Source: an uncultured archaeon (GTDB lineage Archaea; Asgardarchaeota; Lokiarchaeia; Sigyniarchaeales; SOKP01). From it: DNA of 63,660 nucleotides. A program made the position numbers and the translations under genes. Location: positions 1 through 63,660 of the forward strand of contig CAZDTP010000019.1 of the NCBI GenBank assembly GCA_964508365.1, written 5' to 3'. Below are positions 46,803-56,588 of this stretch, in pieces (positions within the stretch are counted from its first letter, which is position 1; each line of letters starts with the position of its first letter). The notes beneath the pieces are model-generated. The model ran no database searches, was not told where the DNA came from, and saw only the letters and a program-made list of their open reading frames with translations.

Positions 46803-47051
46803 TTAATCCTCCATTTGATTTACTAACTCTTCTTCTTTCACTTTTGCTTCCTGTCTTTTAAGAGCAATAATCGGAACCCAAATGGCTGGCCAGCTGGAAA
46901 ATATTATAAAAAAAGGAACCCCAGAATCATCAGAGCTTGAGTTGTTGCTCCTAAATCCACCAAATAGAACGAAAACATAGATCAAGGTTATAGAAACCGC
47001 AACTATTACCATTCCTATGATCATTTTTTGGTATTTATCCAAAATTTTCAT
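46803..47051 (-). CDS. Small two-TM membrane protein
   Basis: 82-aa ATG ORF with two hydrophobic helices. Confidence 0.6.
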   Translation of the reverse strand: MKILDKYQKMIIGMVIVAVSITLIYVFVLFGGFRSNNSSSDDSGVPFFIIFSSWPAIWVPIIALKRQEAKVKEEELVNQMED

Positions 47052-47463
47052 CTCTTTTTTTTATTCAAACCTAAATTGAACTTATTAATTATTTAATTTA
47101 TGAATTGACGCTTTTTTCTCTTACTCTGCTCTACTTTATCTCACAGAGTATACAATTAAAGATAGACTACATTAATATTTAAACTTTATGCAACAGAGTT
47201 CCGTTAAGTTCCCTTTTCTCTTTAATGACTACACTTTACTATACAAAGCTCAATCTTTACTGCCAAAAAATAACAAAAACTTAGATTTTATTTATTTTCA
47301 AAAATCTGGTAAATCTTATTATATATAATCAGATAAAAATTCTACTGATCTTGGATAAAACAAAAATAATATAAATATTAGCTGAATTTAAGATTTAAGT
47401 TTAAGAGATATATTAAATATCTGTTAAATTATGATATTTTTCCAGCGTTCAATTTGCTTAAAA

Positions 47464-47883
47464 TTACCAAAATGCCTTTTCCATTTTTTTTATTGGATCA
47501 TCTAAAGAATCTTCAATTTCTTTATCAAAGTTAGAAAAGACGGACACATCGTTATCCCAATTATCTATAGTTTCTTTAGAATACGCTGTAAAGAATTTGT
47601 CCATTACAGCTTGTAATTCTTGAAGGACTTTTTTTGGTTTAATTTTTTTATCTGAATTTGCAATAAAGATAAAATGAGACCTTTTTAGTATTGTGAAGCG
47701 CATTTCACCCAATTCAAAATTAGACAATCCCTCTTGGGCGATTTCTTCAGCAAACGAATTTAGTGCAGTCAATAGGGCTCCAAAAAGTTGTTCATCTAAT
47801 GTTTCCTCATAAACCCTACTAAAAACAACTATTCCTCCTTCCGAAATTACCCACATATCTCGTATAATTTTATTCGAAACCAA
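47464..47883 (-). CDS. Stand-alone longin/roadblock-like domain protein
   Basis: MWVISEGGIVVFSR...QLFGALLTALNSFAEEI....LSNFEL...FIFIA. Confidence 0.7.
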   Translation of the reverse strand: MVSNKIIRDMWVISEGGIVVFSRVYEETLDEQLFGALLTALNSFAEEIAQEGLSNFELGEMRFTILKRSHFIFIANSDKKIKPKKVLQELQAVMDKFFTAYSKETIDNWDNDVSVFSNFDKEIEDSLDDPIKKMEKAFW

Positions 47884-48114
47884 AACGCAACACTTTAAGA
47901 TGTACGATTTATTCTAAAACCGACTAGAATAATTATCTTATATCAGTTAATAAGTTTTTTTATAATTTTAATGTAACATTAATTTTTAAAAGAGTTATAG
48001 CTGTTTTAAACGCGTAAATAATAGAAATCTATAGCATCCAACTTTCAACATCAATTTTAATGTAAATAAATTATACTCTAAAGATTTTTAAAAGAAAATT
48101 ATAATATATTTGTT

Positions 48115-48864
48115 ATGACATACACACCATTTAGTAATAATATTTTACTAATATTCTTCTATTACATTGGTCTTATTTTTTTCAGTATTGTAATGACAAT
48201 ATTGATGATAAAGAAGTGGAGAGAGAGAAAAGTTAATCCCCCGCTCTATCTTTCAATCGTATTTATATTACTTACGGTTGCTTTAATAGCTCTTACTGTT
48301 GGTTTAGGTGAAGCGGTATTCTCTGGCTTTTTTAAGGAAATATACAGAATCTCTCTGCCTTTTGCCTATAGTATGATAATAATAGCAGATATTTTTCTTT
48401 TTGTCTTTGCGGAGGTAATTACTGGTAAAGGAAAAAAAGCGCTAGTGCCACTAATAATATCTGGAGTCGTAATTATTGTCGTTTTATTCCTTCCTTGGAA
48501 CTGGTGGGGGGTTCCCCCTGTAGATTATGTAGGACAATTAAATATTCGACTCTATACAACGCTTTCTGTCATTCTCTATTCCTACATAGTTTATATCTTC
48601 ATTGCCGGATTTTGTAGAAAAGCAAGGAAACAAACAGATGATGCTAAAGCAAAAGCTGGTTTATCGCTTTTGTTTTTGTCCATGATTTCTATGATAGCCT
48701 TCTTTCTTATGTTTGTATTTGATACTTTACTTATTACTCTTGCTGATCATCCGGGATATTCTGAATTTGTTTATATTGCGTGGATCTTCGCTGTTTTATT
48801 CTTTATTTTTTCCTATCTATCGTTGGTTATGCCAAAATGGCTGGTAGACAGGATTGTAAAATAA
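48115..48864 (+). CDS. Seven-TM membrane protein of unknown function
   Basis: About seven hydrophobic helices in 249 aa, with basic cytoplasmic loops. Confidence 0.75.
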   Translation: MTYTPFSNNILLIFFYYIGLIFFSIVMTILMIKKWRERKVNPPLYLSIVFILLTVALIALTVGLGEAVFSGFFKEIYRISLPFAYSMIIIADIFLFVFAEVITGKGKKALVPLIISGVVIIVVLFLPWNWWGVPPVDYVGQLNIRLYTTLSVILYSYIVYIFIAGFCRKARKQTDDAKAKAGLSLLFLSMISMIAFFLMFVFDTLLITLADHPGYSEFVYIAWIFAVLFFIFSYLSLVMPKWLVDRIVK

Positions 48865-48897
48865 CTGAACATTAAACAACTTTTTTTTTCTTATTAT

Positions 48898-49425
48898 TTA
48901 AAGCAGTTTAGTTCTCGCAAGAATTTCCTTAACAATTCTTTCGATCGATTTATGAGTAGTATCAATTATAATGTCTGCTGCAGAATTGTAATAAGGTCTT
49001 CTAAAAAGCAAATTTTTTTCTATTTCTTTACATGGGTCTTCTTTATCTATAATAGGTCTATTTTCTTTCCCATCTTTTATAGCCCTACGATAAATTTCTT
49101 CGGACGAGGCAGTTAATAAAACTATTTGGCATGTCTGCTTTAAAATTTCAATATTTTCATAATTTAAAACAACTCCCCCACCGCAAGATATAATCGATCT
49201 TTTTAATTGAGCTGCTTTTTTACACGCCTCAAGCTCGTATTTTCTGAATAAAGCTTCGCCGTCTTCAGAAAATATTTTTGGGATTGATTTACCTGCCATC
49301 TTCACGATTAAGAGATCGGTTTCTATAAAAGTATAATTCTTTCCTAAATGTTCCTTCAATGCTTTACCAACAACAGATTTACCTGTGGCCATGAACCCGA
49401 TTAAAGCAGTAGAATCTTTAGGCAT
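48898..49425 (-). CDS. aroK: Shikimate kinase (bacterial AroK type)
   Basis: IGFMATGKS, IFSEDGEALFR, ISCGGG, RP, R.PYY. Confidence 0.92.
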   Translation of the reverse strand: MPKDSTALIGFMATGKSVVGKALKEHLGKNYTFIETDLLIVKMAGKSIPKIFSEDGEALFRKYELEACKKAAQLKRSIISCGGGVVLNYENIEILKQTCQIVLLTASSEEIYRRAIKDGKENRPIIDKEDPCKEIEKNLLFRRPYYNSAADIIIDTTHKSIERIVKEILARTKLL

Positions 49426-49486
49426 CTATCCAAACACTATTCTATTTATATTAACTTCATTTATAAGAAAAAAAGATCCAGACCCG

Positions 49487-50041
49487 TTATTTCATTGAAA
49501 AACCGTGCGTTTCCAACACATGATTCTCTAATCCGATATAATTTCCGTTTATATAGGCAAAACAATTAATTTTTTCAGGATCTAATTTATTATTTGTGAT
49601 AAATTTCTCATCAGAATGAGTTGCTACTACTTCACCAAAGTAACAAACATGTGACCCAAACTCAATTCTCTTTATGACTTTGCATTCCATGTTCCATGGA
49701 AACTCTTTAACCATCGGAACTTTAACCACTTCTCCTTGTTCTTTGGTTAGGTTCAATTCATTCCATTTATTCACATCTCTTCCCGACCTCGTCCCACAAT
49801 AATCCATTTCTTTCAATTGGTCTTTAGTAGGGTAATTAATAACAAACTCTCCGTGTTTTTCGATTAATCCATAGGAATGTCTCCTCGGTTGCATTGATAT
49901 TGCGATGATTGGAGGTTGTAAGCATACTTTACCTACATAAGCGAGAGTGATTAAGTTCGCTTCTTCACCAATTCCTACAGATATAACTGCTGCGGGCATT
50001 GGGAAGGTTGTTATTCCAGTGTTAAGAGGAATCTTTTTCAT
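49487..50041 (-). CDS. Flavin reductase-like protein
   Basis: FPMP..VIS, GEFVINYP, CGTRSGRDVNK, NMECKV, GSH..Y.GEV. Confidence 0.9.
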   Translation of the reverse strand: MKKIPLNTGITTFPMPAAVISVGIGEEANLITLAYVGKVCLQPPIIAISMQPRRHSYGLIEKHGEFVINYPTKDQLKEMDYCGTRSGRDVNKWNELNLTKEQGEVVKVPMVKEFPWNMECKVIKRIEFGSHVCYFGEVVATHSDEKFITNNKLDPEKINCFAYINGNYIGLENHVLETHGFSMK

Positions 50042-50149
50042 TTTTTAAATCCATCCTTTTGTAGTATTCTTCAGTTGGCTAATTAATTATATATTAATTT
50101 TATTCTTAAACTTATTAATAGTTTTAAATTTAATAATTATTGTAAACTT

Positions 50150-51019
50150 ATGCTGAATAATCCGTATATAGGAGCATGTACTAATATTCTGTGTGTAATT
50201 GGGCATCCAATCAAGCATAGTATGAGTCCAATAATGCATAATGCGGCACTTAATGAGCTGTCCTTAGATTACGTTTATTTAGCTTTTGATATACCCCCTA
50301 ATGATCTGAAGAATGCAATATTAGAATTTAAAAAAAGAAATATCATAGGTATAAATGTCACGATTCCTCATAAAGAAGCAATAATCCATTATTTAGACGA
50401 ACTTGATCCTCTTTCAGAACAAATTGGAGCAGTTAATACCATTAAAAATGAAGGGGGTGTGCTTTTAGGAAGAAATACAGACGCACTTGGAGCTAGACAA
50501 GCTTTAACGGATGCTGGATTCAAAATTGAAGGAAAAAAAGTATTAATATTGGGCGCAGGTGGGGCTGCTAGAGCGATTAGTTTTGCTTTGTCCGAAAAAA
50601 TCGACGAAATACTTATATGTAATAGAACGGAAGAGAGAGCAATTAAATTAGCTAAAGAATTACAAGATAAGACAAAAATAAAAGCGACAGGTAAGGACAT
50701 GAGTGAAAAGACTTTAAGAAGTTTAACATATTCTGTTGATATACTTATAAACACAACTCCGATTGGAATGTATCCCAAGATTGATATATCACCAATATCT
50801 AAAGATTTACTCAATGAAAACTTATTTATTTTTGATATCATATACAATCCTCTCCAAACTCGATTACTAAAGGATGCGAAAGAAACTGGTTCTAAAATCC
50901 TAAACGGATTAGATATGTTCATTAATCAAGGAGCTTTAGCATTTGAGTGGTGGACAGGCAAAAAACCGAATGTTAAATTAATGAAAGAAAAAGTTATTGA
51001 ACAATTAGGTAATAAATGA
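50150..51019 (+). CDS. aroE: Shikimate dehydrogenase
   Basis: GHPIKHSMSP.MHN, NVTIPHK, GAVNT, NTD, GAGGAARA, INTTPIGM, DIIYNP. Confidence 0.96.
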   Translation: MLNNPYIGACTNILCVIGHPIKHSMSPIMHNAALNELSLDYVYLAFDIPPNDLKNAILEFKKRNIIGINVTIPHKEAIIHYLDELDPLSEQIGAVNTIKNEGGVLLGRNTDALGARQALTDAGFKIEGKKVLILGAGGAARAISFALSEKIDEILICNRTEERAIKLAKELQDKTKIKATGKDMSEKTLRSLTYSVDILINTTPIGMYPKIDISPISKDLLNENLFIFDIIYNPLQTRLLKDAKETGSKILNGLDMFINQGALAFEWWTGKKPNVKLMKEKVIEQLGNK

Positions 51020-51921
51020 TGAAGCAAAAAAAAATCACAATTATAGGTGGTTCTGGTGGTATGGGTAAGGTTTTTGGAAGATACTTTAAACGCCATGGTT
51101 TTGATGTAACAATAAACGCTCGTAATAAAGAAAGATTAAAGGATGTGGCGACTGAAATGGGTGTAAATTATGAATCCTCCCTTGAAAGGAGCGTAAAACA
51201 CGCCGATATTGTAATGGTATCTATTCCAATTAACTCAGCTCCAGAAATAATTAAAAGAATTGGGCCCTATTTGAAAGAAAATGCCTTAATCTTTGATATC
51301 ACATCTCTAAAGAAAGCAGTATGCGAAGCCTTCAAAGATTTAAAAAATATGTATCCTGTAAATTGCATTTCTTTACATCCCATGTTTGGTCCTGGAATTA
51401 AGGACATGAAAAATTATGTTATATTAGCACTAAAAATAGGAGGAACTGACAAATACGACATAATCGTAAATAATCTCTTGGATATGTTTAGATCAGATGG
51501 ATTAATCGTAACGGAAACCTCACCAGATATTCACGATAAAAAGGTAGCCCTTACCTTGGGCGTACCGCATATGTTGAACATTCTTTTTTTAAATCTTCTT
51601 AATAATGCAAATGAACCACTGAACGAATTAACCAAATATACTGGAACAACTTTCTTACTTCAAAAAGTATTTGCTGAGAGTATTATTCAGAGAGAAATGG
51701 AAATGTTTGGTGAGATTCAGATGGAAAATCAACAATTTCTTATAATTTTAGAAATGTTTGAAAAATTAGTAAACAAATATAGGAAAATAATCGAAAATAA
51801 AGATATAAAAGGCTTTAACGAGATTTTTTTGCAAGGATTAGATTATTCCAAGGAAGATAATCATTTTGAGAATTCTTATACGTATTTTTATGAATTTATG
51901 AAGATTTTAAAAGAAAAATAG
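51016..51921 (+). CDS. tyrA: Prephenate/arogenate dehydrogenase
   Basis: IIGGSGGMG, DITSLK, SLHPMFGP, HDKKVA..LGVPH. Confidence 0.9.
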   Translation: MMKQKKITIIGGSGGMGKVFGRYFKRHGFDVTINARNKERLKDVATEMGVNYESSLERSVKHADIVMVSIPINSAPEIIKRIGPYLKENALIFDITSLKKAVCEAFKDLKNMYPVNCISLHPMFGPGIKDMKNYVILALKIGGTDKYDIIVNNLLDMFRSDGLIVTETSPDIHDKKVALTLGVPHMLNILFLNLLNNANEPLNELTKYTGTTFLLQKVFAESIIQREMEMFGEIQMENQQFLIILEMFEKLVNKYRKIIENKDIKGFNEIFLQGLDYSKEDNHFENSYTYFYEFMKILKEK

Positions 51922-51937
51922 AAAAAATAGGTATATT

Positions 51938-52333
51938 TTAGCTAATTTTAGTTCCACAGAATGCGCAAAATTTCAATCCTTCTCTCTCGCCAATTTTCAC
52001 ACCACAATTAGGACAGAATTTCAACTTAGCAGCAACTTGAACATTGGTTTCTACATAGTTTTCTGCTTCTTGGTATTTATTAATCTGCGATGGTTTTGAA
52101 TTAAGAACGTATTCATTTTGTATATTAGAGATAGGTTGGCAAATCGATTTACAGTGAACACAACGATTTGGCTCTTTTTCGTAGTAGATTGCGAGATAAA
52201 TAAGTACACCAATACCTGCAGTAAAAATACTTAAAATGATTATTAAACAAATATTTATATCCTCTCTTACTGTGAGAACATTCATATTACAATTCGGACA
52301 ATAATTAGATGCCATACATTTTAGCTCTTTCAA
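51938..52333 (-). CDS. LITAF-like zinc-ribbon membrane protein with a second C-terminal zinc ribbon (paralog 1)
   Basis: CPNC...hydrophobic hairpin (IFTAGIG)...CVHC; then CPNCG...CAFCG. Confidence 0.7.
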   Translation of the reverse strand: MKELKCMASNYCPNCNMNVLTVREDINICLIIILSIFTAGIGVLIYLAIYYEKEPNRCVHCKSICQPISNIQNEYVLNSKPSQINKYQEAENYVETNVQVAAKLKFCPNCGVKIGEREGLKFCAFCGTKIS

Positions 52334-52745
52334 TTAATATAGTATAAAAATCTGAATACTTTATTAAAACATAAATTTGATAAATTATAAACAATCTGGA
52401 GTCCAGTTTTTAGACGATTGTTTTGGGACAAAAATATTTCAAAAATAAAATTAGTGGAGTTAAAAATAACCTAGTTGAAAAATAAATAAAGGAATCTTGT
52501 ATTGAGGGTTCAACAACGGAAAATTTAACATCCTTTCAAGTTTATACCACAGGAAATTTTGGTGTACTTAATATCTTGGTAGATAAGATATGGGTAAACA
52601 ACAATAGAATTTATTTTAGGGTAAGAGAAATTATAACAAGCAAATATAATCACTTAAAAAAGGAAAAACATCCCAATATTTATTCTATTCATCAAAATGA
52701 TGTATTTAGTATAAGATGCAGATTATACCTCTAAAAATCTAATGA

Positions 52746-53132
52746 CTAAACTTTTGATCCACAATGAGGACAAAACTTTGCGCGTTCATTTAGTAGTGGC
52801 TCACCACAAAATGAACAGTGTTTATATATTGAAGTTTCGTCAGCTCTAACTTTTATATCAGCTTGAATATCGCTATGCGGTTTTTTTTGATTTTCAGCTT
52901 GAAAATAGGTTGACGATTGAATAATCGTGTCCGATTTCAACGATATTTGTGTGTGACAGTGAATACAACGACTCTCAGGTTTATTATAATATATAATTAA
53001 ATAAATGATTAAACCAATTCCAGCAGTAAAAATCAATAAAATTATTATAAGTGGCCAATTTAACGCCTCTCTTACTAATAACACGTTTTGCGTGCAAAAA
53101 GGGCAATATCCTACACGATTTCTTGTTGACAT
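52746..53132 (-). CDS. LITAF-like zinc-ribbon membrane protein (paralog 2)
   Basis: CPFC...IFTAGIG...CIHC; then CSFCG...CPHCG. Confidence 0.7.
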   Translation of the reverse strand: MSTRNRVGYCPFCTQNVLLVREALNWPLIIILLIFTAGIGLIIYLIIYYNKPESRCIHCHTQISLKSDTIIQSSTYFQAENQKKPHSDIQADIKVRADETSIYKHCSFCGEPLLNERAKFCPHCGSKV

Positions 53133-53385
53133 GAATTATCTTAAATAGTTCTTCAGTTTCAAAATTTTTAAAGATATATTATGATAATGTAAAAAATATC
53201 CACTTTAAAATTTTTACCGTTGATATCTTAAAATTCCAAGAATTTGCAAACAGTAAAATTTTAGTAAAATAATTTGATAAAACTTCTTAATTACCTAAAA
53301 CTTAGATTTGTTAAGCTCCATATATATAATGCAAAATAGACCTAAAATTACAATTAATTTTTATAGATTCAAACAATAGAAATAC

Positions 53386-54015
53386 ATGATAAAAACTATG
53401 CACCAATCATTATTTATTGTTCTCGACGGAATAGATGGCTCAGGTACATCAACACATAGCAAATTACTAGCGGGATTTTTATCCTTAAAAGGTTTAAAAA
53501 CTTATTTAACCCAAGAACCCTCAAGTAGCGAAATTGGGAAGTTGTTAAGAACTTATTTAAAAGATGAAAGAATTCCTGCATCTACTGATGCTCTACTATT
53601 TGCTGCTGATAGAGTTCTTCATTATAAAAACGAAATTAAAAAAAAATTAGAAGTTGGTTATATAGTAATATCGGATAGGTATATAGAGTCCTCGATTGCT
53701 TACCAATCTAGTCAATCTGAAAATATAAGTATTGAATGGGTGAAAAACTTAAATAAATTTGCAGGCAAACCCGATCTAACAATTATTCTAGATATCGATC
53801 CTAAATTTTCATTAGCCAGGAAACATCAAAAGGCTTTGGACAAATTCGAAGACACTTCATTGTTAGAAAAGGTAAGACAAGTGTATCTAAATCGTGCTAA
53901 AAATGAGGGATATTTTGTAATTAATACAAATGATATAATCGAATTAGTTCAAGCAAAGATCCAAGAAGTTGTTATAGAAAAATTAAATCAAAGAGGAATT
54001 CAAACTAAAAATTAA
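53386..54015 (+). CDS. tmk: Thymidylate kinase
   Basis: DGIDGSGTST, QEP, LLFAADR, VISDRY..SS.AYQ, PDL.I.LD. Confidence 0.93.
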   Translation: MIKTMHQSLFIVLDGIDGSGTSTHSKLLAGFLSLKGLKTYLTQEPSSSEIGKLLRTYLKDERIPASTDALLFAADRVLHYKNEIKKKLEVGYIVISDRYIESSIAYQSSQSENISIEWVKNLNKFAGKPDLTIILDIDPKFSLARKHQKALDKFEDTSLLEKVRQVYLNRAKNEGYFVINTNDIIELVQAKIQEVVIEKLNQRGIQTKN

Positions 54016-54040
54016 TTCATCTAAAACGAGGGAAAATATA

Positions 54041-55330
54041 ATATCTCGAAACCAAACATTAAATAAAACTTATTTTAACCAGGATAGGCTGTCAAAATTT
54101 GTTAACACTTTTAGTTTTCCACGATTAGCAGGTACTGATGGTGAAAAAAAAGCGGTTAAGTTAGCCTATGACACATTCAATGAGATAGGTTTTAAAAAAG
54201 ATCAAATAGAGAAAAAGACTTTTGATTTTTCAGATTTTTATTCTACAACCTTAATGAAATTGTTTATGATGTTAAACTTGATATTTAATTTAATCCTGTT
54301 ATTATTCTCATATATTCATGTTTCGTTAATAATGCTTTTAATAATTTTTATGGCTATAGTTGTTTATTTAATAATTAGAGGTTTAAAGCACCCGGAAATC
54401 CCCGGTTTTTGGGGTGAATATTTTGGTGAAACTATTTCTTCTACCAATGTGTTTACTAAAATTCCTGCTAAAAAGATACCCGACAAGGATGCTGGAAATA
54501 TAGTAATTTCAGCGCACCTCGATTCTAAATCGCAATCAATAAATACTTTTTGGAGAGTTGTTTTGTATAAAATTTGGTTGTATAGCGGAATAATATTAGG
54601 AGGAGTTTATATTTTTTATTTAATCAATTTTTTTGGAAATTTGAATATTTCCTTTAATATTACTATCTATGGAGCTTGGATATCAATAATATTAATCTCA
54701 TTTACAAACATTTGCTTACTTTTCCTTAACACACATAATAAATCTCCTGGAGCTTTAGATAACGCATCTGGAATGGCAATAGTATTCGAATTAAGTGCTT
54801 TCTTCATTATACATCCTTTAGATAATTTCAACATTTGGTTTTGCCAGTTTTCAGCGGAAGAATTAGGAACAATGGGTTCACGCGTGTTTGTAAATGAATA
54901 TGAAAAACAGTTCGTTAAAGGAAGAGTATTTCAAATCAATTTTGATATGGTTTCTTGTGAATGCCATAAAAAAAATAGGATTGAATACTTTAAATCTTAC
55001 GGAGTAGGTATACACAGATTGATTGCCCCACTTTTAAGTAGATACATTTTGTTGGCAGCAAAAAGAGTAAATTTAGAAGTGAAAGGGCTTCATTTAAGCA
55101 CTGGGGCACATTCAGACACAGTTCCTTTTCGGATAAGGAAATACGATGCAATTGATATTACTACTGGAGCAGCATCCTTATATACTCATACAGTCAAAGA
55201 TACTCCTGAGAAAGTAGATCCTAAAATTTTACTTGACACATGCAATTTGTTTCGAGAGACAATAAAATTGATTGATAATGATTATAGCATTTTATGTGAT
55301 AATCAAGAACTTAAATGTGATATTGAATGA
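54041..55330 (+). CDS. M28 family metallopeptidase with inserted TM helices; N-terminus extended to a probable ATA start
   Basis: ISAHLDS, GALDNASG, SAEELG, NFDM, HSD and HT motifs. Upstream of ATG 54254 the frame encodes FSFPRLAGTDGEKKA (typical M28 N-terminus) with no ATG/GTG/TTG. Confidence 0.8.
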   Translation: MSRNQTLNKTYFNQDRLSKFVNTFSFPRLAGTDGEKKAVKLAYDTFNEIGFKKDQIEKKTFDFSDFYSTTLMKLFMMLNLIFNLILLLFSYIHVSLIMLLIIFMAIVVYLIIRGLKHPEIPGFWGEYFGETISSTNVFTKIPAKKIPDKDAGNIVISAHLDSKSQSINTFWRVVLYKIWLYSGIILGGVYIFYLINFFGNLNISFNITIYGAWISIILISFTNICLLFLNTHNKSPGALDNASGMAIVFELSAFFIIHPLDNFNIWFCQFSAEELGTMGSRVFVNEYEKQFVKGRVFQINFDMVSCECHKKNRIEYFKSYGVGIHRLIAPLLSRYILLAAKRVNLEVKGLHLSTGAHSDTVPFRIRKYDAIDITTGAASLYTHTVKDTPEKVDPKILLDTCNLFRETIKLIDNDYSILCDNQELKCDIE

Positions 55331-56586
55331 GTTATACACTAGCAGAAAAAATATTAAAAACACATTCTAATGTGGATGAAATTTCGCCCGGACAATTTGT
55401 TGAGGCAGTTATTGATTTAATAATGGTACACGAACAATTAGGTGGAAGAATTCACTTAGAATATAAAAAACTTGGATTAGATACTGTGTGGGATCCAAAT
55501 AAAATATTTTTCATTTTGGATCATTGGGTTCCTGCTCCAACAATTTCGGCAGCTCAAATGCACCAAGATTGTAGAAAATTTGCTGAGGAATATGGTTTTA
55601 TTCATAATATGGGAATGGATAAAGGAATATGTCATCAAGTATTACCAGAAATGGGTTTTGCAAGACCGGGTATGTTAATTGTTGGTTCTGATAGCCATAC
55701 AACCACCTATGGAACTTTTAACTGTCTTTCAACAGGGATAGGTGCAACCGATGTTTCTGTGGTTTTTGCTACTGGTAAATTATGGTTCAAAGTTCCTGAA
55801 TCGATCAAGATAAATTTACATGGACACTTTGAAAAAGGAACAATGGCTAAAGATTTTATATTGTCACTGATCGGAGATATTTCAACTAAAGGAGCGATTT
55901 ATAAATCTCTGGAATTTCATGGAGATGGTGTTAAAAATCTAACAATAGATTCTAGAATGACAATCACTAATATGGTTGTAGAAGCGGGAGCTAAATTCGG
56001 AATTTTTCTCCCTGACGATAGATTAAAAGAATGGCTAGCAAAAAGAACAAGTAAGCAATATAGAAATGTTGTTCCGGACGAAACAGCAGAATACCAACGA
56101 GAATTAATTTACGATTTATCAGAAATTACTCCAACAGTTGCAAAACCCTCCAACCCAGGAAATATAGCTAAGGTTGAAGAAGTAGAAGGAACTGAAATAA
56201 ACCAAGCTTTCTTAGGTGGTTGTACTAATGGTAGAATGGAAGATTTAAGAATAGCGGCTAAAATTTTAGAGGGAAAAAAAATTCATCCTAAAGTTCGAAT
56301 GATAGTAACTCCCGCCTCAAAGGAAATTTACTTACAAGCCTTAAAAGAGGGATTATTAGAAATTTTTTTACGCGCTAATGCAATAGTTACTAATTCGACT
56401 TGTGGCGCGTGTATTGGGGGACATTTAGGGGTTTTAGGCCCTAATGAAGTATGTATTAGCAGCACAAATCGTAATTTTAAAGGTAGAATGGGGGATCCAA
56501 CTTCAGAAGTATATTTGGCATCACCAGCTACAGTTACCGCATCAGCGATAAAAGGAAGTATAAGAGATCCACGGGGGTTGATCTAA
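55327..56586 (+). CDS. leuC: 3-isopropylmalate dehydratase/homoaconitase large subunit
   Basis: DHWVP, GICHQV, GSDSHT, GGCTNGR, CGACIG, STNRNFKGRMG. Confidence 0.93.
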   Translation: MSYTLAEKILKTHSNVDEISPGQFVEAVIDLIMVHEQLGGRIHLEYKKLGLDTVWDPNKIFFILDHWVPAPTISAAQMHQDCRKFAEEYGFIHNMGMDKGICHQVLPEMGFARPGMLIVGSDSHTTTYGTFNCLSTGIGATDVSVVFATGKLWFKVPESIKINLHGHFEKGTMAKDFILSLIGDISTKGAIYKSLEFHGDGVKNLTIDSRMTITNMVVEAGAKFGIFLPDDRLKEWLAKRTSKQYRNVVPDETAEYQRELIYDLSEITPTVAKPSNPGNIAKVEEVEGTEINQAFLGGCTNGRMEDLRIAAKILEGKKIHPKVRMIVTPASKEIYLQALKEGLLEIFLRANAIVTNSTCGACIGGHLGVLGPNEVCISSTNRNFKGRMGDPTSEVYLASPATVTASAIKGSIRDPRGLI

Positions 56587-56588
56587 TT

